64,000 nt of DNA from Vulcanimicrobiota bacterium (GTDB lineage Bacteria; Vulcanimicrobiota; Vulcanimicrobiia; Vulcanimicrobiales; Vulcanimicrobiaceae), in NCBI GenBank assembly GCA_963777315.1, contig CAVZQC010000001.1, positions 128,001 to 192,000 on the forward strand. Direction: 5' to 3'. Under the pieces are notes generated by a model. It saw only the letters and a program-made list of their open reading frames with translations. It was not told the DNA's origin and searched no databases. Both the position numbers and the translations under genes were made by a program. Positions 1 to 9,975 of this stretch are shown here, one piece after another (positions within the stretch are counted from its first letter, which is position 1; each line of letters starts with the position of its first letter).

Positions 1-510
1 CGGGACAGCCACGCGATGCGAGAGCGAAACGGGATAATCGTGGGTAGACGACCACGGCCTCGATTCGCGCCTAATCACCGCAAGATCGCGCAGGTTTTTT
101 AGTAATAGGATGATACGCGCGCACGCTGCCAGCAGCCAAACGAGCGCCACAACCAGCGCAAGACTTTGCGAGACCGTAATGCGTGGAGCGTGCGGCGTTT
201 CAACCGGATACGCGTCCGGCAGTTCAACGCCGGACACATTGGCGCGGATCACGGCAACGGACGCATCAGTCGACGTCGTGACCGGCGGCGGGGCCGAAAG
301 CTGCGGCGACGCGGGCACGAGCACCGTAGCAACCGGAACCAGTACGAGCGCCGACAGCGCGCACAGCCAAATTGCATAGCGCGTTGCAGCGCCGACTTGC
401 GGCATGCACCGCAGACCCAGCCATACGAGGCCCACGATGAGTGCGCCCTCCCACAGACTATCGAACAACGCGCCGGAAACGGCAAGTGCAGCCTGCATCA
501 GCGTGTTCAT
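1..510 (-). CDS. M56 family (BlaR1/MecR1-like) membrane metallopeptidase, N-terminal part, runs off window
   Basis: ATG at 510 overlaps the BlaI stop (TAATG). Reads MNTLMQAALAVSGALFDSLWEGALIVGLVWLGLRCMPQVGAATRYAIWLCAL..., typical M56 N-terminal TM segments; frame open to window edge. HExxH not in window. Confidence 0.8.
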   Translation of the reverse strand, partial: MNTLMQAALAVSGALFDSLWEGALIVGLVWLGLRCMPQVGAATRYAIWLCALSALVLVPVATVLVPASPQLSAPPPVTTSTDASVAVIRANVSGVELPDAYPVETPHAPRITVSQSLALVVALVWLLAACARIILLLKNLRDLAVIRRESRPWSSTHDYPVSLSHRVAVP

Positions 511-896
511 TACTTACGCCCTCGGGGTCGGCGTTCGAGCAGTTCGCGAATCGCTTTGCGATCGGCTTCGCGCAGCGGGACGTCGTCGAGCAACGTTAAG
601 GCCAGCGCGTTCGGCGAATTCTTGAAGAACCGCGCCATTACATGGCTGACTGCGGACTGCGCTGCCTCGCTGCGATCGATGAGGGGGCGATAGGTAAAGG
701 CGCGCCCCGTCTCCTTATGTCCGACATAGCCCTTCTGCTCGAGCGTACGCATCGTCGAAAGAACGGTATTGTAGGCCAACGGCGGCGGCAGCAATGCCGC
801 CGTTACTTCAGAAACGGTGGCCTGCCCCTTGGCCCAAAGGATTTCCATCAGGCGCAACTCGTGGTCGGTCAGCACCAGCGCTTTCTTCCGCGGCAT
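510..896 (-). CDS. BlaI/MecI/CopY family transcriptional repressor
   Basis: LTDHELRLMEILW, LAYNTVLSTMRTLEQKGYV, GRAFTYRP winged-helix signature; AGGAGG RBS. Confidence 0.93.
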   Translation of the reverse strand: MPRKKALVLTDHELRLMEILWAKGQATVSEVTAALLPPPLAYNTVLSTMRTLEQKGYVGHKETGRAFTYRPLIDRSEAAQSAVSHVMARFFKNSPNALALTLLDDVPLREADRKAIRELLERRPRGRK

Positions 897-904
897 ACCA
901 CCTC

Positions 905-960
905 CTAGATTTCTAGTTCATAGTAGCCGCCCGAAGCTTCGTTGTCAACTAGTATTCTAA
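905..960 (-). promoter_or_regulatory. sigma70-type promoter of the blaI-M56 operon with flanking palindromic operator candidates
   Basis: Minus strand TTGACA (948-943), 17 bp, TACTAT (925-920); CTAGATTTCTAG at 905-916 and CTAGTATTCTAA at 949-960. Confidence 0.75.
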
Positions 961-1039
961 GTTCAGAGCCGGCCGTGCAAAAGCGGCGGCTTCCTTCACT
1001 GACTCGATTTACTCCGATGGAGTAGCCGGCGACAATGGT

Positions 1040-2017
1040 TCAATGCCTAATCATCTTCGGGGTGCGCGGGGATGGCGTGAAGCGATTTAGGGCGTCGACA
1101 ACGTGTTCGGGCAAAGACCCGGTTCCGTGACCGGCGTCAGCCACAATGTGCAACTCGCTTCCGGTCCAAGATTTGTGTAAAGTCCACGCAGTCTCCAAGG
1201 GGCTGCTGATGTCGTAGCGGCCGTGTACCAAGACGCCTGGAGTTCCGTTCAATGAGCCGGCGTTACGGAGAAGTTCGTCCTCTCCCAGAAACGCCGCATG
1301 CCGCCAGTAGTGCGTCACGATCCGGGCAAAACGCAAGCAGAATTCAGGGTCTTGGAACCGGCGGTTCGGCCTATGCCCGGGCACCAGCGAGACATGACTG
1401 TCTTCCCAGGCACACCATTTCGCAGCGGCCGCGGCGCAAACTCCGGGATCGTCGTCGAACAACAGTTTAGCGTAGGCGTCAACGATGCGCTCGCCCCTAA
1501 GTGACTCGGGAATATGAGACGTGAGCTGTTCCCATTCTTGCGGGAAAATGCGGCCTACGCCGCACGTGACCCAGTCGACCTCGCGACGCGACGTCGTTGT
1601 GACGCACGCCAGAACGAGCGTTGCGACGTGCCGGGCATATGCCTGAGCGTATGCGAGCGCCAATGTCGTGCCCCACGAGACGCCTAGCATGGTCCAACGT
1701 TCGACCGAGAGGCGCTTGCGCACCGACTCCATGTCGCCGATGAGATGCTCGGTCGTGTTGGTCTCCAATTGCTGCTTGTGAGTTAGCAGCGGTTGGCTGC
1801 GGCCGCAGCCGCGTTGATCGAATAGGACAATCCGGTACTTCTGGGGGTCGAAGAAGCGGCGCGCGCCCGGCGTGCAGCCCGAGCCCGGTCCGCCATGTAC
1901 GTAGACAGCAGGCGCACCTTTAGGATTGCCGCAGCACTCCCAATAGATGAAGTTGCCGTCGCCAACGTCAAGCAGCCCTCGATCGTACGGCTCGCTATTC
2001 GGAAACAACGCACCCAT
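1040..2017 (-). CDS. pip: Proline iminopeptidase (S33)
   Basis: HGGPGSG, FDQRGCGRS, GVSWG nucleophile elbow, GRYD, AGH. Confidence 0.93.
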   Translation of the reverse strand: MGALFPNSEPYDRGLLDVGDGNFIYWECCGNPKGAPAVYVHGGPGSGCTPGARRFFDPQKYRIVLFDQRGCGRSQPLLTHKQQLETNTTEHLIGDMESVRKRLSVERWTMLGVSWGTTLALAYAQAYARHVATLVLACVTTTSRREVDWVTCGVGRIFPQEWEQLTSHIPESLRGERIVDAYAKLLFDDDPGVCAAAAAKWCAWEDSHVSLVPGHRPNRRFQDPEFCLRFARIVTHYWRHAAFLGEDELLRNAGSLNGTPGVLVHGRYDISSPLETAWTLHKSWTGSELHIVADAGHGTGSLPEHVVDALNRFTPSPRTPKMIRH

Positions 2018-2173
2018 AAATTACGCGTTCAGGGGGCAAAGCGCGACTCCCGCTTAAGTTCGTTTGCCGCCTCCGGCACTGGAGAACGCCGACGCCCAAA
2101 ATGACCTCGGAAGATGGACCTTTGGAACACCGCAGATACGTCACGGTCGAGCGATGGGCGACGATCTCAAGGC

Positions 2174-2944
2174 ATGAACCGGCCGCTGTTTGCTCTCATC
2201 TTCGTTGTCGCTTTTGCGATTCCAATGGTCGTAGCGCGCGCGACGCTGATTCGCGATGGCGACTATGAGATGCGCGGTAAGTATCAAGGCGTGCTGTTTT
2301 GCTCGGATTGTCCCGGTATCTGGACCCAGGTTACGCTCGAGGACAACGGCCCGGACCTCGGCGTGGGCCACGGAACGTTCGTCATGACGCAACGGTACAG
2401 CGGTGGCATTCACAGAGGTGAGACGGTCGTCACCACTGGGACGTGGTCGGCAATCTCGCGGGACGAATATATGACGAGCGGCCTTCTGAGACTGCTGCCT
2501 GCGAGGCGTGACGCAAAGCCGCGCTACTTTCGATGCGAAGGCGGACGGCGACTGAGCGAGACCAATGGCGGCGGGATGCCGCTAACGACGCACCTGGAGC
2601 AAAGTATGCTGATGCGCGTGATCCCGCCCGAAACGCCGGCATTTGCGCCGCTCACGCAAGCCGAGGCCAATCGTACGATTTACGGACGCGTGGGCGATCG
2701 GTTTTCCATCGATTTGACGCCCAAACCGATAGCGGGCGCGACGCCAAACCCACAGCCCGATTTTTCCATCTTTGCGTTGGTCACGGTCACGCAACTCCCA
2801 ACGATTCCTGCCGCATTGGACGTCTACGGCCAGGACGCGTTCGTCGACATCGTCGCCGCAAATCCCGGTACGGCGAAACTCACCTTTCGGAGCCGTTCAA
2901 CGCCGACGCGACTCGTAAGCTTCGAGTTTGAAATTCGGCCATAG
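2174..2944 (+). CDS. Secreted protein with NlpE/CutF N-terminal-like domain
   Basis: Signal peptide MNRPLFALIFVVAFA; YQGVLFCSDCPGIWTQVTL resembles the NlpE CxxC motif; start chosen at second Met. Confidence 0.6.
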   Translation: MNRPLFALIFVVAFAIPMVVARATLIRDGDYEMRGKYQGVLFCSDCPGIWTQVTLEDNGPDLGVGHGTFVMTQRYSGGIHRGETVVTTGTWSAISRDEYMTSGLLRLLPARRDAKPRYFRCEGGRRLSETNGGGMPLTTHLEQSMLMRVIPPETPAFAPLTQAEANRTIYGRVGDRFSIDLTPKPIAGATPNPQPDFSIFALVTVTQLPTIPAALDVYGQDAFVDIVAANPGTAKLTFRSRSTPTRLVSFEFEIRP

Positions 2945-2971
2945 CAAGCATTCCACACGATTCACAAAGGA

Positions 2972-4414
2972 TTAGTACGTCACCGTGGCGATAACGGCGG
3001 CTCCGGCAACGAGTCCATCGTCATCACGGCTGTACGCGTAGAGCAGGGTTTTCTTCGGCGTTTTTACCGTGAATAGGTAGGCCGTGGTGGGAGGCCGGCG
3101 ATCCGTCGAAATCAACGTGTAGGTGCGCTTACCCAGAGCTGCGAGTGCCTGCAAGTCCGCGCGGTGTGGCGGAATCATGTGAGCGCGAAAGTCGGGCCGC
3201 AGCTGCGCCATGTCGATATGGCCCGCAATCGCATCCTCGAGCCAGCGCTGAGCCGCGGCGACTAGCGCGGGATTCGCTTGCGGTCGCGCGCGCTTGCCGG
3301 GCGTCGACCCGGGGTGCGGCGACGGCTTCACCGCCGCCGAAGGTATGAGAACGCCATACAGCGCCGAAACAGCGGTGTTGTAGCTGAATGTTCCACTGTT
3401 TGCTAAGACGACGATGCCGAAATGGTCGTCCGGAAAACGCGCATCCTGCGTTGCCGCACCCTCCGTGTTTCCGCCGTGCGAGACCATCAGGTGCCCATTC
3501 GGCAAACGCGACACCATGATTCCGAATCCATAATCCGGGAAAGGATCGTCTTTCCCGATGCGGTGCGGCGTCATCATCTCGGTCAAAGAACGCTTGGAGA
3601 GCAGTTTTCCGCCGGATAGCGCGGCGTTCCACTTTGCAAGGTCGCCCGCGTTGCTCACGATCCAGCCGGCGCCGCCGAACCAGGTATAATCGAGGTGCGG
3701 CGCATGCTCCCAAGGCCCCAGCGCAAAGGAATCGTACTCGGTCGCAACGTTGGGTCGCGTATCGTCCCAGGTGCGCACGAAGGTCGCCGTCATCCCGAGC
3801 GGCCTAAAGATTCGCCGCTCGAGAAAATCGCCGTAACTCATCCCGGACACCCGCTCGATAACCATCGTCAGCAGATTGTATCCGGTGTTCGAGTACTCAC
3901 GCGACGTTCCGGGCGTGAACGCAAGCGGCCGGTGATCGACCGTGTTCACCATCGCTGCCAGCGTCGTGGGACGATTGCCGATCTCATCGAACGTGCCGAT
4001 CTCGGTATATTCCGCATAGCCGCCGGAATGGGTGAGTAAATTTCGCAGCGTGACCTGGTTCGCGTGCGGAATTTCCGGCAAGTATTTGGAGAGGCGATCG
4101 TCGACGCTCAGTTTGCCTTCGTCTTGCAGCATCAGGATCGCCGCCGCGGTGAATTGTTTGGTATTCGAACCGATGGGATAGCTCGTATCTCCGCGCGCCC
4201 GTACCGCGTCCTCGACGTTCATGTAGCCGAAGCCCTTTGCGTAGACGACCGAACCGCCGTGCAGGATCGCGATGGTCAGCCCGGGCGTCGCCCGTCCGGC
4301 CACCGAACGGTTCCCGATGGCATCGATCGCGGCGAGTTGTTTGGGCGTCAGCGAAAGAGGCGCAGCCCCAAGAAGGCAAAGCAGTGCCGCTGCAGCGGCG
4401 ATCTTTTGAATCAT
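2972..4414 (-). CDS. Secreted serine hydrolase, beta-lactamase class C / D-peptidase family
   Basis: Signal peptide; SNTK (SxxK), LLTHSGG, YSN, HGG motifs. Confidence 0.9.
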   Translation of the reverse strand: MIQKIAAAAALLCLLGAAPLSLTPKQLAAIDAIGNRSVAGRATPGLTIAILHGGSVVYAKGFGYMNVEDAVRARGDTSYPIGSNTKQFTAAAILMLQDEGKLSVDDRLSKYLPEIPHANQVTLRNLLTHSGGYAEYTEIGTFDEIGNRPTTLAAMVNTVDHRPLAFTPGTSREYSNTGYNLLTMVIERVSGMSYGDFLERRIFRPLGMTATFVRTWDDTRPNVATEYDSFALGPWEHAPHLDYTWFGGAGWIVSNAGDLAKWNAALSGGKLLSKRSLTEMMTPHRIGKDDPFPDYGFGIMVSRLPNGHLMVSHGGNTEGAATQDARFPDDHFGIVVLANSGTFSYNTAVSALYGVLIPSAAVKPSPHPGSTPGKRARPQANPALVAAAQRWLEDAIAGHIDMAQLRPDFRAHMIPPHRADLQALAALGKRTYTLISTDRRPPTTAYLFTVKTPKKTLLYAYSRDDDGLVAGAAVIATVTY

Positions 4415-4493
4415 GCGGCCTTCTTACGCCGCAACGCGATATTTCCCCGCAGGCGGCAGTATATCACCGCCGGCTGTGCAAAAGGGCGCGAAC

Positions 4494-6092
4494 ATGAGCA
4501 AGACGGTCTATGCCGGGGCAACGGTCGTCGACGGCACCGGCGGGCCCGCCGCCGCGTGCGACGTGTTCGTTGCCGGCGAGCGGATTGAAGAGCTCCGCCC
4601 CCACGCAGATACGCACGCGGGTTGGAACACCATCGACGCCACAGGTCTGGTGATCGCGCCGGGCTTCATCGACGTCCACTCGCACGGCGACAACGCCCCG
4701 CTGCTTCCGGGCGACGACACGATGAAGATACTGCAAGGGGTGACGACCGAAGTCGTCGGCAACTGCGGCATAAGCCTTGCGCCGACGTCCTCGCGGCACC
4801 GCGCGGCCCTGCTCGCGTCGCTCGAAGCAGTGATGCCGGTGCACGACGACATCGGCGCTAGTTTCGCCGATTTACTGCGCACCACGGATGCACGCGGCTA
4901 TGTTACCAATTACGTTCCGCTCGTCGGCCACGGCACGCTGCGTTTAGCCGCAATGGGAATGGAGCGCCGCGCAGCAACGTCGCGAGAACGGGCGTTCATG
5001 CGCGCGTCGCTCGAAGAAGCGATTGAGGCGGGAGCGTTCGGCCTGTCCACGGGACTCATTTATCCGCCCGGTGTGTTTTCCGATTCGGACGAGCTCGTCG
5101 ATTTGGCGAAATGTCTGCCCTCCGGAACGATATATACGTCGCACATCCGCGGTGAAGGCGATACGCTGCTCGATGCAGTCGCCGAAGCGTTAACGATTGG
5201 GAAAAAGGCGCACGTTGCGGTACAAATATCGCACCACAAAGCCTGCGGCAAAAAAAACTGGGGAAGAACCCGTGATTCGCTCGAGCTGATTCGGCAAGCA
5301 CGCGCGCGCGGCGTCATCGTTCACCAAGACGTCTATCCTTACACCGCCGGCAGCACGTATTTGAAAGCGGTCTTGCCTCCGGAATTTCATGAAGGGGGCA
5401 ATGCAGCGACGCTCGAGCGCCTGGGCGATCCGGAACAACTGCGTACATTACGAAAGACGCTCGAAAGCGATACGTCGCACTTTCAAAACTTCGTTGCGGA
5501 GGCGGGATACGATGGAATCCTGATCGCCTTTACGCCAAGCCATCGATTTGAAGGCAGCACGCTGGCCGAAATAGCCACGCAGCTCGGATGCTCGGCGTTC
5601 GATGCGCTGATTCACGTACTGGTGAACGAGCGTCTCGTCGCCATGATGACGATATTCTTGATGAAAGAAGACGACGTCGCGCGCGTCCTGCGTGACGAGC
5701 ACACCGTCATCGGTTCCGACGGGGCCGCGCCCGGCGTGCAAGGGCGCCATCATCCGCGATCCTACGGGACGTTTCCCCGCGTCATTGCTCATCACGTCCG
5801 CGAACTGGGGACGCTTACTTTGGAATCGGCCATTCACAAAATGACCGCGCTTCCGGCCCGCATCTTCAACATCCCCGACCGCGGTACGATCACCCCGGGA
5901 AACTTCGCCGATCTCGTCGCATTCGATCCGCGAACCTTTTCCGACGACCTCGACTTCCGAGATCCGGCACGGAACCCAAAAGGCTTGGCGTGGGTGACGT
6001 TGCGCGGTACCCAAGTCGTTCGCGGCACGGCGTATCTTGGCCGCCGGTGCGGTGCAAGATTGCAGCGCCAGGGGATCCGTTCTGCGCGATAA
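4494..6092 (+). CDS. N-acyl-D-amino acid deacylase (D-aminoacylase) family amidohydrolase
   Basis: APGFIDVHSH, QGVTTEVVGNCG, GLSTGLIYPPG, SHIR, QISHHK, DVYPY, GSDG, HPRSYGTFPR. Confidence 0.9.
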   Translation: MSKTVYAGATVVDGTGGPAAACDVFVAGERIEELRPHADTHAGWNTIDATGLVIAPGFIDVHSHGDNAPLLPGDDTMKILQGVTTEVVGNCGISLAPTSSRHRAALLASLEAVMPVHDDIGASFADLLRTTDARGYVTNYVPLVGHGTLRLAAMGMERRAATSRERAFMRASLEEAIEAGAFGLSTGLIYPPGVFSDSDELVDLAKCLPSGTIYTSHIRGEGDTLLDAVAEALTIGKKAHVAVQISHHKACGKKNWGRTRDSLELIRQARARGVIVHQDVYPYTAGSTYLKAVLPPEFHEGGNAATLERLGDPEQLRTLRKTLESDTSHFQNFVAEAGYDGILIAFTPSHRFEGSTLAEIATQLGCSAFDALIHVLVNERLVAMMTIFLMKEDDVARVLRDEHTVIGSDGAAPGVQGRHHPRSYGTFPRVIAHHVRELGTLTLESAIHKMTALPARIFNIPDRGTITPGNFADLVAFDPRTFSDDLDFRDPARNPKGLAWVTLRGTQVVRGTAYLGRRCGARLQRQGIRSAR

Positions 6093-6165
6093 CGTCGACT
6101 AGAAGCGCACGCGCTATGCACTGCGAAGGGCCGGTGCGTGCCTGAGCGCAAAGAGGCGAGTCAAC

Positions 6166-6996
6166 GTGATCGTTCATTTGATCGACGGAACCTACGAACT
6201 CTTCCGCCATTTCTACGGGCTGCGTCGCGCCACGAGTAATAAGGATCGGCCGTTCGGGGCGGTTATCGGCGTTCTCAATACGGTGATGCACATGATCGAC
6301 GATGGAGCAAGGTACCTGGGCGTCGCTACCGATCACGTTATCGAGTCTTTCCGCAATGAGCTTTGGCATGGGTACAAAACGGGGCTGGGAATCGAGCCTG
6401 CACTGCTTGCACAGTTCGAGCCGCTCGAGGACGCGCTGCGGGCGATGGGAATTCCGGTATGGGCGATGATCGAGCTTGAGGCCGACGATGCGCTTGCCTC
6501 GGCGGCCGCTATTGCCTCAAAGGATTCTCGCGTGCAGAAAATTTGCATTTGGACGCCCGATAAAGATCTCGCGCAATGCGTGCGCGAGGAGCGCATCGTG
6601 CAGATTGACCGAAGGAGCAAAGTCATCCGGGACGCCGATGGGGTGCGAGCGAAGTTTGGCGTAGATCCCGAGCTGATTCCTGACTATCTTGCGCTCGTCG
6701 GTGACGCCGCGGATGGTTATCCCGGCATCCCGGGCATTGGACCGAAGAACGCTGCAGCTCTGCTCGCCCGCTATGGCGCGATCGAAGTATTCCCGCGGCA
6801 AGTGCTCGGCGAGCGTCAGCGTCTCGCACTGCTATTCAAGGAATTGGCAACCCTTCGAACCGACGCTGCCCTTTTCGCCCATATCGACGAGTTGGAGTGG
6901 CGCGGACCCACTACCGAATTTTCCGCCGTGTGTACGCAATTGGGCGCTCCCGATCTCTTTGAGCGCGCCGCGCGGACGGCGCGAACCCCGACCTAA
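6166..6996 (+). CDS. Stand-alone 5'-3' exonuclease / flap endonuclease (PolI N-terminal-like)
   Basis: LIDG, SFRNELWHGYK, EADDALAS, DKDLAQ, LVGDAADGYPGIPGIGPK helix-hairpin-helix. Confidence 0.9.
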   Translation: MIVHLIDGTYELFRHFYGLRRATSNKDRPFGAVIGVLNTVMHMIDDGARYLGVATDHVIESFRNELWHGYKTGLGIEPALLAQFEPLEDALRAMGIPVWAMIELEADDALASAAAIASKDSRVQKICIWTPDKDLAQCVREERIVQIDRRSKVIRDADGVRAKFGVDPELIPDYLALVGDAADGYPGIPGIGPKNAAALLARYGAIEVFPRQVLGERQRLALLFKELATLRTDAALFAHIDELEWRGPTTEFSAVCTQLGAPDLFERAARTARTPT

Positions 6997-7037
6997 CGGG
7001 ATTTCGCCAATTTTCCGGATGTTCTCGCGGACGCTGC

Positions 7038-7487
7038 TTAGGCCCAAGCGCTCTCTTGTATGCGTGCGGGGACGATGTCCGTTCGTTCTATTTCGCGGTC
7101 GCAGTGCGTGCAGTGAAAACCCAGTTCGACGCTGCCGCCGCAGCCTTTGTGGACGACGTGACTCGTGTCCGCGCCCTTCGTAAATCGTTTGCCCCAAGAG
7201 CGTAGCGCCAGTACTACCGGCGCGAGCGCGTAGCCCTTTTCGGTGAGCAGATACTCGTAGCGGTCGGGATGCGTCTGATAGCGCTTTCGTTTCAGGATGC
7301 CCGCCTGCGTAAGTCTCTTCAACCGCGCGGATAGCACGTTGTCGGCGATGCCGGTGGCTTTGAATTCGTCGAACCGGCGAGCCCCGAGCAGCGCGTCGCG
7401 GACAATGAGCAGCGTCCACCACTCTCCCACGAGATCCAGCGTTCGGGCGATCGGGCACGGCTGTGCGGCCAAGCTGGCATGTCGCAT
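7038..7487 (-). CDS. HxlR-family winged-helix regulator
   Basis: CPIARTLDLVGEWWTLLIVRD, LSARLKRL, YEYLLTEKG; C-terminal HKGC...CTHC. Confidence 0.9.
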   Translation of the reverse strand: MRHASLAAQPCPIARTLDLVGEWWTLLIVRDALLGARRFDEFKATGIADNVLSARLKRLTQAGILKRKRYQTHPDRYEYLLTEKGYALAPVVLALRSWGKRFTKGADTSHVVHKGCGGSVELGFHCTHCDREIERTDIVPARIQESAWA

Positions 7488-7501
7488 GTCCAAAGCATAA
7501 A

Positions 7502-7550
7502 GACTTGCGTCACGCAAGTCAATATGCTATAGTCGCTTGTGTCACGCAAG
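7502..7550. promoter_or_regulatory. Two copies of a palindromic operator in the HxlR divergon
   Basis: GACTTGCGT-C-ACGCAAGTC (7502-7520) and CTTGTGTCACGCAAG (7536-7550), one mismatch between cores. Confidence 0.7.
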
Positions 7551-7573
7551 TAGCTATGTAACGTGAGGAGTCC

Positions 7574-8251
7574 ATGCTCGAAATGTTTCGCACCTTGGTC
7601 CTGGGAGCTGCGGTGGGGACGCTGTTCGCGGCAGCGCTCGGCTCGCTGCCGATCCGTCTGGGACAGCGGTTAGCACTCGGCGCCGGTATCGGCACTTGGA
7701 TCGCTTTCACCGTCGCGATCACCGCCTCGGGTGCGGCGCGCAGCTGGCCGCTCGTCGTGCCCGTACTGTTCATGCTGCCGCTGATTGCAGCAGGAGTCGC
7801 AGCAACGTCCGCTGCGAGCCGTTCGGCGATGATGGCTATACCGGTCCGGTTGATCGTTGCGCTCAACGTGATGCGCGTGCTCGGTGTGCTCATGCTTATT
7901 GCAGCCGTCACGGGGCTTATGAGCGGACCGTTTCCATACTTTGCCGGCATCGGCGACATCATCACGGGCCTTTTCGCCCTTCCGGTCGCGCGCGTGGCGG
8001 CACGAAACTCGCGCGACGTACGCATCCTCGAGTGGAATATTTTGGGTTCGTTCGACCTAGTAACAGCCGTGACGCTGGGCGTGATATCCGGGCGAGCAGG
8101 CTCGGCCGCGATGACGACGCTGCCCTGGGCCCTCATTCCGCTGGTGCTCGTGCCGACGTACCTGATCGGCCACGCGCTTGTCTTCGCGCACATGCGCGCC
8201 GCGGAAGGCGCGTCGAACGGCAGTAGGAGCAACTTGGCGCGAGCGATTTAG
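7574..8251 (+). CDS. Integral membrane protein of unknown function
   Basis: About 7 hydrophobic segments; GAGGAG RBS; divergent from HxlR. Confidence 0.8.
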   Translation: MLEMFRTLVLGAAVGTLFAAALGSLPIRLGQRLALGAGIGTWIAFTVAITASGAARSWPLVVPVLFMLPLIAAGVAATSAASRSAMMAIPVRLIVALNVMRVLGVLMLIAAVTGLMSGPFPYFAGIGDIITGLFALPVARVAARNSRDVRILEWNILGSFDLVTAVTLGVISGRAGSAAMTTLPWALIPLVLVPTYLIGHALVFAHMRAAEGASNGSRSNLARAI

Positions 8252-8256
8252 CAACG

Positions 8257-8288
8257 AGAGAGCCCGGCTTTTACGGCCGGGTTTTCTT
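8257..8288 (+). terminator. Intrinsic terminator
   Basis: GAGAGCCCGGC-loop-GCCGGGTTTTC followed by T-rich tail. Confidence 0.65.
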
Positions 8289-8818
8289 AAAGGCCAACCG
8301 GCGATTGTCAACCCGAAGAGGTATTCGCGTTCATCACTGAGTTGCTGCGGCCGATCGGAACCTATCTCTATGGGCGGCGGCTCTACGAGACGATAACGTA
8401 CGGGAAGCGCCGGCGTGCTTCAAAGATTCCCTCAGTGAACCGTAAACGGTTCGTAAGAGCCTGGACGTGCGATTAGGAGCGCTCCTGCCTACGGCATACC
8501 GCCATCGTTTAGGCCGCGCAAATATGTGTCGATTTGCGGGCGGTGGTCTGCCAACTTTTCATTGTGCGTCACTCAGCTCGACGTCGAACCTGTCGCATAA
8601 GGATTTTACCAAAGTTGGCAACACGTCGTTGTCACAGTTTATGTACCAGCACTCATCCTCAAGTTCAAAGGAGATGTGCGCCATAGGCCGGTCCCTAAAT
8701 GGCAGCACGTATAAGTTGCTCGCCTCATGCTGATAAAGGATCAGAAGATCGCGAATATCCGAAATGAAGTTGCCCGGCTCTCGTGGACACTTCCGCTTTG
8801 GCGGAGAAGGGTCCACCA

Positions 8819-9136
8819 ATGGGCAAAAAGCGTCCGCACTCCTACCCGCCGGACTTCCGGCATAAAGTTCTTGAACTGCTGCGTACCGGTCGCCGCATAG
8901 ATGAGTTGGCCGCCGAATTCGAGCTTGCACCACAAACGATTCGCAATTGGGAAAAGCAGGTCGATCTCGATACTGGCAAGCGCACCGACGGATTGACCAG
9001 CGAAGAACGAGCAGAACTCTCGAAACTTCGACGTGAAAACAAGCGACTCACGATCGAGAATGAAATCTTGTCAAAAGCCGCGGCCTGGTTTGCTCGGGAG
9101 ACCGACGTGATCCCCAAGAAATCTTCCGACTCGTGA
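8819..9136 (+). CDS. IS3 OrfA (HTH transposase subunit)
   Basis: YPPDFRHKVLEL, LAPQTIRNW, ELSKLRRENKRLTIENEILSKAAAWFA. Confidence 0.92.
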   Translation: MGKKRPHSYPPDFRHKVLELLRTGRRIDELAAEFELAPQTIRNWEKQVDLDTGKRTDGLTSEERAELSKLRRENKRLTIENEILSKAAAWFARETDVIPKKSSDS

Positions 9137-9975
9137 AGAGCTACCAGGCCAAATTCCACATTTCCACGATGTGCCGGGTTCTGGAGGTCTCCGCCAGCGG
9201 GTACTATGCGTGGCTCAATCGTCCACCGTCAGCGCAAGCGCGGCGCGACATTGAACTTGGTGATCGCATCGAGGCAATTCATCGACGCTCTCGCAACACG
9301 TACGGTCGACCACGCATCAAGGCCGAGTTGAAAGACGAGGGCATTACCCTGAGCAACGACCGACTTGCGCGACTCATGAACGAGCGAAATCTCGTAGGCG
9401 CAAGCCGCCGTAAGGGCGTTCGGACGACCGTGCGTGATCGAGATGCTCGACCCGCACCGGATCTTGTCGATCGAAAATTCATCGCTAACGCACCAGACAA
9501 ACTGTGGGTTGCTGATATCACGTACATCCCAACCTACGCCGGGTTCTTGTTTCTTGCAGTCGTTCTCGACGCGTTTAGCCGCCGAATCGTCGGCTATGCA
9601 ATGAGCTCGAACATGCGCACGCAACTTGTACTCGATGCGCTCAACATGGCGATTGAACGTCGTAGGCCCGAAAGCGTCATTCATCATTCCGATCAAGGAA
9701 CGCAATACACCTCGATTGCTTTCGGATCTCGGTGCCGGGAAGCTGGAGTTCGTCCGTCGATGGGTTCAGTTGGTGATTGCTACGACAACGCGATGTGCGA
9801 GAGCTTCAATGCGACGCTCGAATGCGAACTACTCGATCGGAACCGGTTCCGCACGCATAAGGAAGCCGAACTTGCTATCTTCGACTTCATCGAGGGCTGG
9901 TACAATCGGCATCGTCGCCACTCAGCTCTGGGCTACCGCTCTCCCGCCGCATATGAGCGGGAAACCGCGGCGTGA
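9133..9975 (+). CDS. IS3 OrfB DDE transposase/integrase core
   Basis: WVADITY, DAFSRRIVG, HSDQGTQY, DNAMCESF; GTGA overlap with orfA, -1 frame. Confidence 0.95.
   Translation: MKSYQAKFHISTMCRVLEVSASGYYAWLNRPPSAQARRDIELGDRIEAIHRRSRNTYGRPRIKAELKDEGITLSNDRLARLMNERNLVGASRRKGVRTTVRDRDARPAPDLVDRKFIANAPDKLWVADITYIPTYAGFLFLAVVLDAFSRRIVGYAMSSNMRTQLVLDALNMAIERRRPESVIHHSDQGTQYTSIAFGSRCREAGVRPSMGSVGDCYDNAMCESFNATLECELLDRNRFRTHKEAELAIFDFIEGWYNRHRRHSALGYRSPAAYERETAA

Noticed and set aside
8300..8475. Short open frame (CQPEEVFAFITELLRPIG...)
   Set aside because: No start codon or RBS and no recognisable family; at most a gene remnant.
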